A stretch of DNA of 64,000 nt from the IMG/VR virus record IMGVR_UViG_3300026549_001681; one strand, written 5' to 3'. Origin of the DNA: an uncultured virus (IMG/VR IMGVR_UViG_3300026549_001681) (Duplodnaviria; Heunggongvirae; Uroviricota; Caudoviricetes). Position 1 is the stretch's first letter. Each line of letters begins with the position of its first letter. A program made the position numbers and the translations under genes. The notes beneath the pieces were generated by a model. The model ran no database searches. It had not been told where the DNA came from and was given only the letters and a program-made list of their open reading frames with translations. Below, piece by piece: positions 9,524 to 19,725 of the stretch.

Positions 9524-10444
9524 TTAGTCATCAACGAATCCAGCGATATAGTAGTCAACGCAGTTATAGCCAGCTACAAAGCCATCAGGATACTGAGCAT
9601 AGAACTCAGCATCGAGTTCGGAGTAATCAACGTTCGGAGCGTAGTATCCATCACTATATCCGTAATGGTATTCAGTACCCTCCATCGGCTGGACAATATA
9701 CTCCTTGGTAACTGTTACATCAACGTCATTGTCTTCTCCGTCCGGATCATCAGAACCATACACGATGTATGTCGTGCTGAGAATAGCAGCTACGGGCTCA
9801 GGTGCAGGCTCGGGCGTAGGCTCGGGAGTAGGAGTGGGCTCCGGAGTCGGGGTGGGCTCGGGAGTAGGTGTTGCCGTCGGCACGGGTGTAGGAGTAGACA
9901 CGGGCACCGGCGTGGGTGTTGAAGGCGGAACCGGTGTGTTCGTCGCAACAGGCACGGGAGTCGCAGTGGGCTCAGCTGTATTTGTTGCCGTCGGCTTAGG
10001 CTGACCGTTCGTGTTCGTAGGCTTAGGTGTAGGAGTAGCGTTCACAACGGGTGTGGAGTTGTTTCCGTTAGTGGGCTTCGGCGTAGGCGTGTTAGCCGTA
10101 CCGGCAGGAGCATTTCCGTTCGTGTCGGGCTTGGGCGTAGGCGTAGCAGCTCCATTACCGTTCTGTGCAGGCTCCGTATTACCTGTTACCACATCGCCGC
10201 CGATCTCCTTGCCGGAGACTGCATTGCCATTGGAAGCAGACGGAGTAACTGTTGCTCCGTTCGCTGTCGTCTGATTGGGTACCGTCTCGGTAACGATGAT
10301 CGGATCACCGTTCTTGTCTGTACCGACCACGGATGTGACCGTAGCAACGGGCTCCGTGAGTACCTTGTTCGCATTGTCGCAAGCAGAAGTGAAGGCAAGA
10401 GCCGTAACAACTGCAATACTGATAACAACCTTAAAATTCTTCAT
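9524..10444 (-). CDS. Lipoprotein with Pro/Thr-rich (PT/PEPT) linker
   Basis: Signal peptide ending FTSAC (lipobox); long TPTPEP repeats. Confidence 0.8.
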   Translation of the reverse strand: MKNFKVVISIAVVTALAFTSACDNANKVLTEPVATVTSVVGTDKNGDPIIVTETVPNQTTANGATVTPSASNGNAVSGKEIGGDVVTGNTEPAQNGNGAATPTPKPDTNGNAPAGTANTPTPKPTNGNNSTPVVNATPTPKPTNTNGQPKPTATNTAEPTATPVPVATNTPVPPSTPTPVPVSTPTPVPTATPTPEPTPTPEPTPTPEPTPEPAPEPVAAILSTTYIVYGSDDPDGEDNDVDVTVTKEYIVQPMEGTEYHYGYSDGYYAPNVDYSELDAEFYAQYPDGFVAGYNCVDYYIAGFVDD

Positions 10445-10795
10445 TGTCTTGTCTTCCTTTCTTAGTATTTTTGAGTAGGTTTCTTTCCTCCTCACAATAA
10501 TATTATGGAGTAGGCACCTCAAAAACAACAGTAAACCGAGAAAAATTTCAATATATAGTGGTTAGCGAGCCACCAAATACTATATATTGTGTCCTGTTTC
10601 GGAGACCTGAAAATCAGTCAACCGCAAGGGATTCACACCCCTCTTTCCGCCTCCTTTTAAGGAGAAAAAATTTTTCAAAAGTCAATATATATTTTTAGAA
10701 AAAAGGGATAATTTTCATACCCTTTTTAGGTATTTTACCCTTACGGATTTTCTCTTATATATAAATAGTCCTTCGTGTGTATTCCAAAACAAGCC

Positions 10796-12004
10796 TTACA
10801 GGTACAAAGACAATATCTTCGCCTGACAATATCGGCAATGCTTCTCGACTCGGAGGCAGTTTTCGTTGTCCCAGTCATCAGTGATCGGGAACTCATTGAC
10901 CTTGTTGCAACTTGGGCAGATAACACTGATCTTAGTCAGATCCCGACCACTGGGAATTTCTTTTGAAGTTGCCTTATCCTGACTGGAGTTCTTGCCGGAC
11001 CAATATTTATCGTACACGGCCTGGCATCCTTTCACAAACACAAAGGCCTCCGTTACCAAGCTGTATAAAAGCTCTTTCGATTCAACGGTTTTGCGGGTAA
11101 CAGGCCGGTAGTAATTCTTCCTTGGTGTCGTGCCGGCTCCGGTCGTCTGTCCGAACATCTTTGACACAAGATTTGCAGTATCAATATCCCTGATTCCGAG
11201 ACACAGCATGGTGTCACAAGCTCCGACAATCGCAGCTCCGTCTTCTGTATACTGCGTCAAGGCACCATACGAAGGTACGTTCACCGATGCCGACATGTTC
11301 CTGGAATTCATTGACGTAAGATAGTGCAGGAAAAGCTCCGGTACCGCGTTAAGAAACTCGTCCATAAAAAAGTGGACATGAACAGGAACCGTATTAAAAA
11401 ATGAATACAAACCTTTGAGAAGTTTTTCATATAAAAGCCCAATCGAAGCATTGGATTTTCCGTTATCTGCAACAATGAAAACCGCAGTTAAATGCTGTCC
11501 CAGCTTAGCACAGATCTCGTTTATCTTTTTCTCGGTAATCTCAACCTGTGGATCCTTGATAAAGTCCAATACAACAAGATCATACTGTTTCGACTCCAAT
11601 TCTTCTTTGACCTGGCAAAGCGCCTCTCCTTTATAATCGAAAAGTACGAACGAAGTATTTCCGCACAGTATGTTTGGCTTGATGTAGCGAGAAAGCACGC
11701 ACGGCCCGTATCCGTTGAACACTATCGTATTCATGTTCAGTTCCCGGTCTTTTATCTGCTCGGCAAATCCGATCTTGACATTCTCGGACAATAACCTGTA
11801 ATACTTCGCATTGTCAGAACAGTATCCCTTTTCCGTTATTGAAGGAACTGTAACAGCCTGACGCGGCCCTCCGTAAATGTGGTATTTGACAGTCGGAACA
11901 CTTATGCCGTATTTATCGGCAAGTTGCTGATAGGTAAATTGTCTGCTTCGGTATAAAGCAATCATCTCGTCGTATTGCCAGTCTTCAAGTTTTTGTCTGG
12001 GCAT
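10796..12004 (-). CDS. HTH + degenerate VirD4/TraG-like domain + C-terminal Zn ribbon
   Basis: TYQQLADKYGISVPTVKYH; YIKPNIL..NTSFVLFDYKGE; VHFFMDEF; SRNMS; IVGACDTMLCLG; CPSC...CRYC. Confidence 0.7.
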   Translation of the reverse strand: MPRQKLEDWQYDEMIALYRSRQFTYQQLADKYGISVPTVKYHIYGGPRQAVTVPSITEKGYCSDNAKYYRLLSENVKIGFAEQIKDRELNMNTIVFNGYGPCVLSRYIKPNILCGNTSFVLFDYKGEALCQVKEELESKQYDLVVLDFIKDPQVEITEKKINEICAKLGQHLTAVFIVADNGKSNASIGLLYEKLLKGLYSFFNTVPVHVHFFMDEFLNAVPELFLHYLTSMNSRNMSASVNVPSYGALTQYTEDGAAIVGACDTMLCLGIRDIDTANLVSKMFGQTTGAGTTPRKNYYRPVTRKTVESKELLYSLVTEAFVFVKGCQAVYDKYWSGKNSSQDKATSKEIPSGRDLTKISVICPSCNKVNEFPITDDWDNENCLRVEKHCRYCQAKILSLYL

Positions 12005-12032
12005 TGTATTTCTCCTTTTATGTGATAGGGCG

Positions 12033-13073
12033 TTACTCGTCTCCAAGCAGCAGTTTTTTTAGTTCATCTGCATCATCAAAGCTGAAGAGTTCTCCCGATG
12101 ACATATCCTGCACGGTTACTGCCGTCATATCTGCCGAATTTTCTTTGAGTAGACGAGGCAGCTTCTTATTAAAATCGTAATAAAACATTTGTAAGTGTTC
12201 TTCTATGAACTCTCTAAGTTCCATAGTATCTTTCATGAGCCATTCAACTTTCTCATTTAAGAGATATTCAATACCGCAGATGCGAGCCGAATCTTGTGAA
12301 TGTCCTTTTTTCGGGAATTCAAAATAATTGAAATTACAAACAAGTTCGTATTTGGCATCAGAACGCCTGGATTTACCAGCGACAATGTCTATCTGTATAT
12401 ATCCGTTGTATTTGGGATGATACAGTCTCGGAACGGAACTTGAGAGCCGCTTTTTACAGGTGCCTTCAGTTTCCTCAAACAGATAACTGAAGGCTATCTG
12501 ATTTTCACGCGATTCATCCCAGTGTTCGCACAGGTCTATAACGTTCTCATACGAAAGAAGGGAAGCATCGCCGGACTTTTTGTTGCCTTGTTTATCACGA
12601 TACACCCACTTCAGGCAATCAACGAAGTTAACATCAGGGCTGTCATCTAACTGTTTAACGAATAGGATAAATTCCTGCAAGGCTTTTTCTGCACCCTGAT
12701 TATATGCACTCCTCTCAACAGATGTGAGACCATCACCTTTGACGGAAAAGACAATGTCAGCATAGTCAGTCATAAGAAGTTGTTCTCTAAGTTTCTTAAT
12801 CAGTTCATCTGAACGGGTTATTCCTCTGTCTTCCAGCAATTCACGTTCCATACACAAAGCGTACTGAAAAGCTACAAAAGCCTTACTGCGCCCATACCAC
12901 TTTTGAACGGTAGCGTCTGCTTCATTCTTGTCCGTAAAAAATCTGACAGAAGGATTCGTGTCATCCGTCAAATAAAAAGGCATAGCCAATCCGGAAAGCA
13001 TATTTGCATTGTTTTCAGCAAGGAATCCTTCCCAGTCTAAAAATGCTTTTAACTGCTGATACGAGACTCCCAT
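12033..13073 (-). CDS. hypothetical protein
   Basis: 346-aa ORF with GGAGG RBS. Confidence 0.7.
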   Translation of the reverse strand: MGVSYQQLKAFLDWEGFLAENNANMLSGLAMPFYLTDDTNPSVRFFTDKNEADATVQKWYGRSKAFVAFQYALCMERELLEDRGITRSDELIKKLREQLLMTDYADIVFSVKGDGLTSVERSAYNQGAEKALQEFILFVKQLDDSPDVNFVDCLKWVYRDKQGNKKSGDASLLSYENVIDLCEHWDESRENQIAFSYLFEETEGTCKKRLSSSVPRLYHPKYNGYIQIDIVAGKSRRSDAKYELVCNFNYFEFPKKGHSQDSARICGIEYLLNEKVEWLMKDTMELREFIEEHLQMFYYDFNKKLPRLLKENSADMTAVTVQDMSSGELFSFDDADELKKLLLGDE

Positions 13074-13140
13074 TGTTATTATCCTCCAAGTACAATGCGA
13101 TCACGGCAATAATGACGCGTTCATGTCATTAAGGCAGTCA

Positions 13141-13338
13141 TCACATTGAACGAAAAATGCCTGCGTCACGGCAGGCATCATCTATCTCTTTCTTGTTTTT
13201 GTTTCGGTCATAGTCTTTATCCGACCTGAACACGGCAGCCCGTGGCCGGGGCAGTCTGTCATACTTCGTCTTGTGACCGGGATTTACCTTAGCCTGATAC
13301 TCAGACTTGGCGATCATCTTCTTGGTTTTGTCTGACAT
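13141..13338 (-). CDS. small basic hypothetical protein
   Basis: ORF directly after the TA pair, with RBS. Confidence 0.55.
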   Translation of the reverse strand: MSDKTKKMIAKSEYQAKVNPGHKTKYDRLPRPRAAVFRSDKDYDRNKNKKEIDDACRDAGIFRSM

Positions 13339-13343
13339 TGTTT

Positions 13344-13670
13344 TCACTCCTCGTTGTGTGGAACGAACACAACCTTTGCGTCATACCCGAGTGTCATTGC
13401 GATCTGTTGTACCTCGCTGAGTGTGGGTTCTCCGTCTACGAGGATCTCCATGTAACGGTCAAGGCCGATTCCGCTCTTTTCTGCGATCTCCTTGTCAATG
13501 TCTTCGGCAGGAACGCCACGCTTTTCTGCGATGGCACTTGCTGCCTTCGTTACCATGACCGTGAAATCCGTACCGGTCTGGAGCTTCCTGTACTCATACT
13601 TAGTCTCAGGATCTCTGAGCAATTCTTTCTTAACCTCGTTAAAAGTCACTCCGCACATATAAAATTCCAT
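13344..13670 (-). CDS. XRE-like antitoxin (HigA-like)
   Basis: TFNEVKKELLRDPE..YEY..L N-terminus; EPTLSEVQQIAMTLG; follows a RelE-type toxin. Confidence 0.75.
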   Translation of the reverse strand: MEFYMCGVTFNEVKKELLRDPETKYEYRKLQTGTDFTVMVTKAASAIAEKRGVPAEDIDKEIAEKSGIGLDRYMEILVDGEPTLSEVQQIAMTLGYDAKVVFVPHNEE

Positions 13671-14019
13671 CCTTTCTTGCACGATAGTCAGCGATACGTT
13701 TGTACGCTATGTCGATGTCCGCCTCCTTTATCTTTTGGTCCTTCTTCTGGAATCCGTGTACGCACACAGCCTTTCCGTCACACCAAAAGTATAATATTCG
13801 GAAAATGTTGGTGTTCACCTCCAGCTTCAGCTCGAACAGATCCTTCCGTACTTTTTCTGCGTGCGGCCGTCTGATATCCGGGCCGAGTCTTTCGAGCAGA
13901 TCTAACCGAGACAGCATCTTCGTTTCGGTTTTCTTATCCTTTTCTTCTAAGGATAACAGGAACTCCTTTACGGGAACATTACCCATTTCCGTTTTATAGA
14001 AGATAACATCGACTTTCAT
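13639..14019 (-). CDS. RelE/Gp49 (HigB-like) toxin
   Basis: FYKTEMGNVPVKEFL...RPHAEKV..DLFELK...RILYF...HGFQKKDQK. Confidence 0.9.
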   Translation of the reverse strand: MKVDVIFYKTEMGNVPVKEFLLSLEEKDKKTETKMLSRLDLLERLGPDIRRPHAEKVRKDLFELKLEVNTNIFRILYFWCDGKAVCVHGFQKKDQKIKEADIDIAYKRIADYRARKDGILYVRSDF

Positions 14020-14161
14020 CTTTCTTCTCCTATCATAATAGTTATCGTGCGGGGCATAAAAAAACAACAGTAACAACCGAAAAATTGTCACTACCTTAAA
14101 TTTTGTTGTCACAATCGGGTGTCACTCACTGTGGCACCTTTGTATGTGTCACACACAACTG

Positions 14162-14626
14162 TCAGTTCTGTAAAGTCTCCCAAAACCTTAAATGCTCATT
14201 GACGCACTTAACGAACATGGGCTGCATTTCATCCCAGTGCAGTACAAGGTAAGGGAACATCAATGAGCCTCGTTCAACGGCAGTCATCGGATCGCAGACA
14301 GCAGGGGAGTAGATCATCTTCTGGAACGCGGGATCCTTTTCCACGAACTGCACCTGACCGTCAATGACCTTCAGGGACATATTGGCATCCATTGACATAT
14401 TGAATCCGCCATCAGGACTGCCTGTTATCTTGAACTCGTTAGTACCTTTGCCGAACTTGACCTTGACTACGCCTCTCGGCAGGCACTTGCTCACTATTTC
14501 AACGAGCTCAGGTGCGACTTTGCGCCAGGCAGCTGTCATTTCTTCACGGCGCTGACAGATTGCTCTCTGCCTGTTGGTGACAACGTACGCGGTACGCTCT
14601 CTCTGTTTTCTTAACTCGTCATTCAT
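14162..14626 (-). CDS. hypothetical protein
   Basis: Translationally coupled ORF. Confidence 0.65.
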   Translation of the reverse strand: MNDELRKQRERTAYVVTNRQRAICQRREEMTAAWRKVAPELVEIVSKCLPRGVVKVKFGKGTNEFKITGSPDGGFNMSMDANMSLKVIDGQVQFVEKDPAFQKMIYSPAVCDPMTAVERGSLMFPYLVLHWDEMQPMFVKCVNEHLRFWETLQN

Positions 14627-15039
14627 ACTTCCAATACACCTCGCTGCTGATATACATTGACCATGCCCTGTATTGCTTCATCGCGAGTTACCTGGGCAAT
14701 GACATTCCCGTCCTTGAGGAAATACTTGGTCACTTCTTCGCCTTCGGGCTCTTTTCCGCCGCCTATCCTGATGCGTACAACGACAGTGCAGAAGACGGAA
14801 TTGTTTTCGCAGTCCTGTTTGCAGCTGGACTTGGCAAGGGACATGGCGTTCTTTTCCGCCGTTTCCTTGTCACGCAGTTTCACGATCTGCTTGTCCTTGT
14901 CAGATGCTATAAAGGCGTGCGGTTCATAGTCGAGCCATTTATAGTATCCGATCACAAAGAACTCTTCTTCCTGCATATCGGGATCGTAATGCAACATTTC
15001 TCTTGTAGTCATAAGTCTTACCTCCGAAAGTGATATCAT
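14623..15039 (-). CDS. hypothetical protein
   Basis: Translationally coupled ORF. Confidence 0.65.
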   Translation of the reverse strand: MISLSEVRLMTTREMLHYDPDMQEEEFFVIGYYKWLDYEPHAFIASDKDKQIVKLRDKETAEKNAMSLAKSSCKQDCENNSVFCTVVVRIRIGGGKEPEGEEVTKYFLKDGNVIAQVTRDEAIQGMVNVYQQRGVLEV

Positions 15040-15542
15040 GTGCTCCGTATAGACGGATCCAGGTCATAAAGTTCGTTAAAGTCATCTGCCGTATTGGTCT
15101 GGATCGGTCTTGTGCCGACTACGGCATTTATTTCGAGCATCTTGTCTGGTGTGAGCGGCACACCTTCATAAAGTAGGGTGTGTACCTCCAGGTTGTGTCG
15201 CCTTGCAAGCTGGAGCATCGTCTTTGTGCCATGGGATTTTCCGTCCCAGAACGCAAATACTATGCCGTGGCGGTCAGCTGCATATTCAGCCATCTGTTCA
15301 TTCCGTACCCAGTCTGCCGCGTCTCCGTATGCTTCCGGCATGGCATAGAACTGACACAGCGCAAGTCTGTATTCACGGGCGAACTGCGCTCCGAAATAAC
15401 TGGCTCCGGGAGCATCGCCAGTGATGATCTCGACATCGTCAATGTTTATGTAGTGTTCTCCAAGGTACTTCAGCACCGTTTCTTTTATCATGCCGTAATT
15501 GGCAAAGCCTTTGGTGCCTGCGATGATTATTGCTATGCTCAT
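15036..15542 (-). CDS. SLOG-fold (DUF2493-like) protein
   Basis: IIIAG...EIITGDAPGA...RNEQMAEYA...AFWDGKSHGTKTM. Confidence 0.8.
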   Translation of the reverse strand: MSIAIIIAGTKGFANYGMIKETVLKYLGEHYINIDDVEIITGDAPGASYFGAQFAREYRLALCQFYAMPEAYGDAADWVRNEQMAEYAADRHGIVFAFWDGKSHGTKTMLQLARRHNLEVHTLLYEGVPLTPDKMLEINAVVGTRPIQTNTADDFNELYDLDPSIRST

Positions 15543-15590
15543 AATGATACCTCCATTGTGACAACCAGCCAGACAACAACAGACAATAAC

Positions 15591-16310
15591 TCAGAGATGC
15601 TGACAGCCCCGCTGTCCCATTTCCTTGAGGAATATATCCACGATGCTCTTGGACAAGTCTATGGAATTAAGTGAACCGTCAACTCTGTAACCCTGCCAGC
15701 TCTTGTGTGTGTCATTGATGCCGTTGAGGATCTTTATACCAACATTCTTATCACTGACAGAGGTAAACTCCTGAAGGTTCCTTGTATAGTCATCCAACAT
15801 AAAATTGAGGACTGTGTTTTCCAAATTGAGAAAATCGACTTTTTTGGTTCCGCACGGTACAAAGATACGATGCTTGTCATCGACTTCAGGCATGTATACA
15901 TCAAGCCAACGGTTCTTGTCGACATAAGCCGTGACCGATCTCGGTTCAACGGCGGAAAGAGAAAAGACTTCTAATCCAGAGTATTTCAAAGCGCGAACAG
16001 CTTCGATAACATTTGTCTTCGGTGGCAGCGTCATAAAGTATCCAGCCTCGAATATATCTTCATAGTGGAAATGTCTTACTTCTCCATTAAAGACATACTC
16101 CTCGTTTGGCATCCTGAACGGATTGATCGTACCGTCAATATCGACCAAGATATTGTATGGTGTATTAGGCTTAAAGCGAATATGTTGTGACGGAAAACCG
16201 AAGTTAACCGCAAGATCCCCAGGTGTATCTGTATCGTAAACCTTCTGCGTAATAGGGTTTCCTTGAACATCAAAAACCGTTCTGACTTCTCCTGTTAAAT
16301 CGTATGTCAT
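15591..16310 (-). CDS. HAD-family 5'(3')-deoxyribonucleotidase-like protein
   Basis: VDIDGT motif I, LSAV, K..WL..Y.P, LDDY..NL. Confidence 0.75.
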   Translation of the reverse strand: MTYDLTGEVRTVFDVQGNPITQKVYDTDTPGDLAVNFGFPSQHIRFKPNTPYNILVDIDGTINPFRMPNEEYVFNGEVRHFHYEDIFEAGYFMTLPPKTNVIEAVRALKYSGLEVFSLSAVEPRSVTAYVDKNRWLDVYMPEVDDKHRIFVPCGTKKVDFLNLENTVLNFMLDDYTRNLQEFTSVSDKNVGIKILNGINDTHKSWQGYRVDGSLNSIDLSKSIVDIFLKEMGQRGCQHL

Positions 16311-16361
16311 TGTCTTATCCTCCTTGTGTTTTGTGTCGGGGTTGTGTAGGGCAGGGGAGTA

Positions 16362-17192
16362 TCACGTCCCGCCCGGTGCGGGTATTGTTATGCTCGGCAC
16401 ATCTGTTCCGCCGGGCTGGGTGCTCGGTTCTGTTGTATCAGTTGTGTTGCTTGCGCCGGGGATTGTGACAGTCGGCACATTCGAAGTTGTGTCACCGTTA
16501 GAACTCGGCACAGTGTTTCCCGTGCCGGGTATGGATACCAGCGGCGCTTCGGAACCGGCACTCGTTTCAGATGTCTCTGCGGTCTCGTCAGGGAATGTCA
16601 CATCCGGATCTGTGCTCGTCTTCTTGACGATCACATAGTTCTCGTCAAACTGGACTCCGAAATCCAGCGATGTTTCCTTGTACTGTATCTCGAATTCTTC
16701 CCAGTCACGGAAATACTCATACAGGATATATCCTTTTTCCGATCTGCCCGGGTGTATCGTTGCCTGTTCAATGATGTTGCCTGAGATACCGAGCGTCTCA
16801 GCAGCCTGACTGTTGTTATTGACCATGGACAGTTGCTCATTGTCAATGTAGCCTCGTATGCTCTTGGGCTGAAGATCTAAGTCTTCATCACTCAGGTTCG
16901 TTATCTCAACATGGACCTTGATGTAGTTGTGACTCTTGACCAGTCGGTCAAACACATCCAGTTGTTCCCAACGCACGACCTCGACTGAGTCAACAGTCAT
17001 CTCGACATGATTTGTCCTTGCCGTATCAGGTATGCTGTATGTTCCGTATATCTCTCTGTCCCAGTCATCCTCTGCTGTCTCAGATGCAACCGTTGTTGCG
17101 TCAGGCTTTTTGGCCTTGACGGTACAACCTGTCACACCGCTCAGTACAACTGCCGAGCACAACAAACAGGTAAGTATTTTCTTGGTATTCAT
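16362..17192 (-). CDS. Lipoprotein (DUF4352-like Ig fold)
   Basis: Lipobox VTGC; V.VEITNLSDE...TIHPG....G.I.YE. Confidence 0.7.
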   Translation of the reverse strand: MNTKKILTCLLCSAVVLSGVTGCTVKAKKPDATTVASETAEDDWDREIYGTYSIPDTARTNHVEMTVDSVEVVRWEQLDVFDRLVKSHNYIKVHVEITNLSDEDLDLQPKSIRGYIDNEQLSMVNNNSQAAETLGISGNIIEQATIHPGRSEKGYILYEYFRDWEEFEIQYKETSLDFGVQFDENYVIVKKTSTDPDVTFPDETAETSETSAGSEAPLVSIPGTGNTVPSSNGDTTSNVPTVTIPGASNTTDTTEPSTQPGGTDVPSITIPAPGGT

Positions 17193-17551
17193 AAAACATC
17201 ATTCCTTTCCGTTTCATCGTCTCCGTTATTCCAGCACGAGAGCATTTCTTCCGCGTCAAGTTCGACTCGGCACTCGTAACGCTCGTCGTTATCCTTGCAG
17301 GAAGCGTAGAGCTTGAACCGCCACACATCAGGTCTGAAACTGAGACGGTACCCGCCGCGTTTCATCTTGAATGTGCACTTAGCAGGATGCCAGAAGTTCA
17401 GTCCTTCGTAAGCAGAACCTTCGGGCATCTTTATCAGGTAACACTCAGGGGGATCACCGTTGACTCGGACAATGTCCGACTCGGTTATTCTGATCTGTGC
17501 ATACTGTGGCTTAGCCATGAGGCGACTCACCTCCGTTACATAACTGGTCAT
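17189..17551 (-). CDS. hypothetical protein
   Basis: 120-aa ORF coupled to neighbours. Confidence 0.6.
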   Translation of the reverse strand: MTSYVTEVSRLMAKPQYAQIRITESDIVRVNGDPPECYLIKMPEGSAYEGLNFWHPAKCTFKMKRGGYRLSFRPDVWRFKLYASCKDNDERYECRVELDAEEMLSCWNNGDDETERNDVL

Positions 17552-17774
17552 ACGCCTTGGTCCGTACCTCTATGTCAGGATCGGTACAAAGTTTGCTTAT
17601 GACCTCGGCAGGCAGAGTGTGGTTATTCAGAAGTGCCAGTCGCACTTTCTTTGACTCGTCACACGCAACGCCTCGAAAGAGTTGTGCAGGGAAGTCAGCC
17701 CGTGCTACCAGCTCCGCTCTCTCGTCCTCGTTATCTGACGAGATGTATTGTATGTGCAGTTGATTCTTGTTCAT
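17511..17774 (-). CDS. small HEAT/LRV-like repeat protein
   Basis: D....VR.A..N...P..V...L..DPD.EVR pattern. Confidence 0.55.
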   Translation of the reverse strand: MNKNQLHIQYISSDNEDERAELVARADFPAQLFRGVACDESKKVRLALLNNHTLPAEVISKLCTDPDIEVRTKAYDQLCNGGESPHG

Positions 17775-18267
17775 CGTTTATCCATCCTAAAGTATCTTTG
17801 ATAAGTGTTGTTTATCCCGGTCACAGTCACACGTTGTGTTGTTGTGTCTCAGTTGTATGTCTCGGTCAGGCTGCTCCGTGAGTTTGACTCCGATATTACG
17901 ACTCGGTCAGCACAAGGCTCCGTCAAAAACGCCCCGGTCAGTCATTTCCGATGGTATGCTGGTTGTATAAGAACGAATGACACAAGTATCTTCGTTTCGT
18001 ACAACTGTGCCATTCAACTCGGACATTGCATTGACAATGAAATGATTACCAAGTGACAACGGAATGACATACTCTTTCAAAATCAGCTCTCACAGAGCCC
18101 TTTTGCTCCGACACATCGGACTCCGGATGAGCCTCCTTGCTCGTCATAAAACGGGCACACAGGAACGCGGTCTTATACCGCCTTGTTATCCTGAAACAAT
18201 CCTTCGTGACACCGCTGTTCACTCTGTGTAAGAGTGGACTTAAGCGGTCACGAACAGGGAATAATAG

Positions 18268-18712
18268 AACCTCGTCACACCGCAACCCGGTGTGCGATGT
18301 CCCGGTTGAACACCCTCCGTGGTGATACCGACCTCGCGTTAGCGCTGGCTCGGTCACGAGGCTTCAAGGAGCGCTTCACGGTGCCTTCCGAACGAAGAGG
18401 AAGCCGCTCTGCCACACCCTCCGTTGAAGACGGAATCAGACCTCGTAAGAGGCACCGAGCGTCAGCTCGACAAGGGTTGAACTGACCTCGTTGATAGACC
18501 GCCACTCGCGGAGCGATGACCTCGTCAGACGGTCTCTGTCAGTCCTGACCGGGTACCGTTACGGCACCGCCGTAAGACCTCGCAAGAGCTCACCGTGGCA
18601 AGTCCCGGCCACGTCAGAAGTGACCTCCTTGATAGAGCGCAGTTCGCGGAGCGATGACCTCGTAAGACGGTCTCGGCCACCCCTTACTCAGACACTCTCT
18701 GACCTCGTCAGA
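18268..18712. repeat. GACCTCG box array with a ~138-bp degenerate tandem duplication in a ~1-kb non-coding region
   Basis: Boxes at 18268 (AACCTCG), 18330, 18439, 18484, 18518, 18576, 18622 (GACCTCC), 18656, 18701. Confidence 0.8.
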
Positions 18713-18801
18713 GGGCTCCGTAAGCCACCGGCACAGTCGGGATACGTCTCGGTTCAGCACGGCTCCGTCAAGAGCCTGTAAGGGCAATGTGAAGGGGAAA
18801 C

Positions 18802-19704
18802 TTACAGTGCGAAGTCGGGCGGCATACCGGTCATACTCTGCGGAGCAGACACGGTCTTTGCCGACGGCAAGAACTTCGGATTAGTCAGTGTGAGGATCGT
18901 GTCGCCCGTGTCCTCGTCGTCTGTTATCGACCAGCCCGACAGGGATATGGAAGTGACAAGGAAGAGGTTGAACACTGACTCATCAGACTTGATGGAGAAG
19001 TCACAGAAGACTCTGTCCAGTGTCATGTTCGCAAAGGAAGCGAAGCACTCCATGACCTTGTTACTTACCGACATCGTCGGGATAGTGGGAGCCGTAGCGA
19101 GCTTGCGTATGAGAGCCTCTGAAGACGACTTGGTAATGGTATCCGGGTACTGTGATGCAAAGGCACGTACGAACGACGGTATGTCATCGTAGTGGGCATC
19201 AGCGTACTCGATCATAGGTCGTAAAGGCATCGACACGTACTCCGGATCAGGCAGAAAGGACTGTTTGACCAGAGCACCGTAATCTTCCAATGCACGCTTA
19301 TTACCGAGTGCCGAACTGCCGCCTAAGTGCTGCGACAGCTCACGTTCTTTCGCGGCAAAATCGAAAAGATACTTGGCCGCCTGCCTTGATGTGATCAGGT
19401 ACTGGTTAGTTGCCTTCTTGGCATGTTCCACGAGCGCGAAATCGTTCTTTTCATTCTGCTCGATGTAATTGTCAAGGTCCTGCTTAGACAGTACGGCAGG
19501 CGACTGTGTGATCCACTCGGGAACGATTCCCATAGCATCAGCCATAGCCTGAACGTACTCATCCGGGAAAACCTGACGGGCCTTAAGGTGATTGGAATAA
19601 TATTTCCGTCCCGCTTCATCCGTCTTACCGCACGCAGCCGAGAGCTTGGTTTCAGTGAGACCGGAGAGATTGCGGAAGTATTCTAAGAAGAAGTAATTTA
19701 TCAT
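18802..19704 (-). CDS. hypothetical protein with HTH-like N-terminus (paralogue of 28611-29405)
   Basis: YFRNLSGLTETKLSAACG...AMADAMGIVPEWIT. Confidence 0.7.
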   Translation of the reverse strand: MINYFFLEYFRNLSGLTETKLSAACGKTDEAGRKYYSNHLKARQVFPDEYVQAMADAMGIVPEWITQSPAVLSKQDLDNYIEQNEKNDFALVEHAKKATNQYLITSRQAAKYLFDFAAKERELSQHLGGSSALGNKRALEDYGALVKQSFLPDPEYVSMPLRPMIEYADAHYDDIPSFVRAFASQYPDTITKSSSEALIRKLATAPTIPTMSVSNKVMECFASFANMTLDRVFCDFSIKSDESVFNLFLVTSISLSGWSITDDEDTGDTILTLTNPKFLPSAKTVSAPQSMTGMPPDFAL

Positions 19705-19725
19705 AAATAAATCCTTTCGGTTCTA

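Noticed and set aside
9790..10150. Functional DNA tandem repeat
   Set aside because: Explained by the Pro/Thr linker codons of the lipoprotein
18268..18712. CRISPR-like mini-array
   Set aside because: Conserved core is only 7-12 bp, spacing is irregular, intervening sequence is duplicated and no cas genes are present
17805..18781. Short ORFs in the 18-kb gap
   Set aside because: Overlapping on both strands, Arg/Ser-rich and without convincing RBS; treated as non-coding
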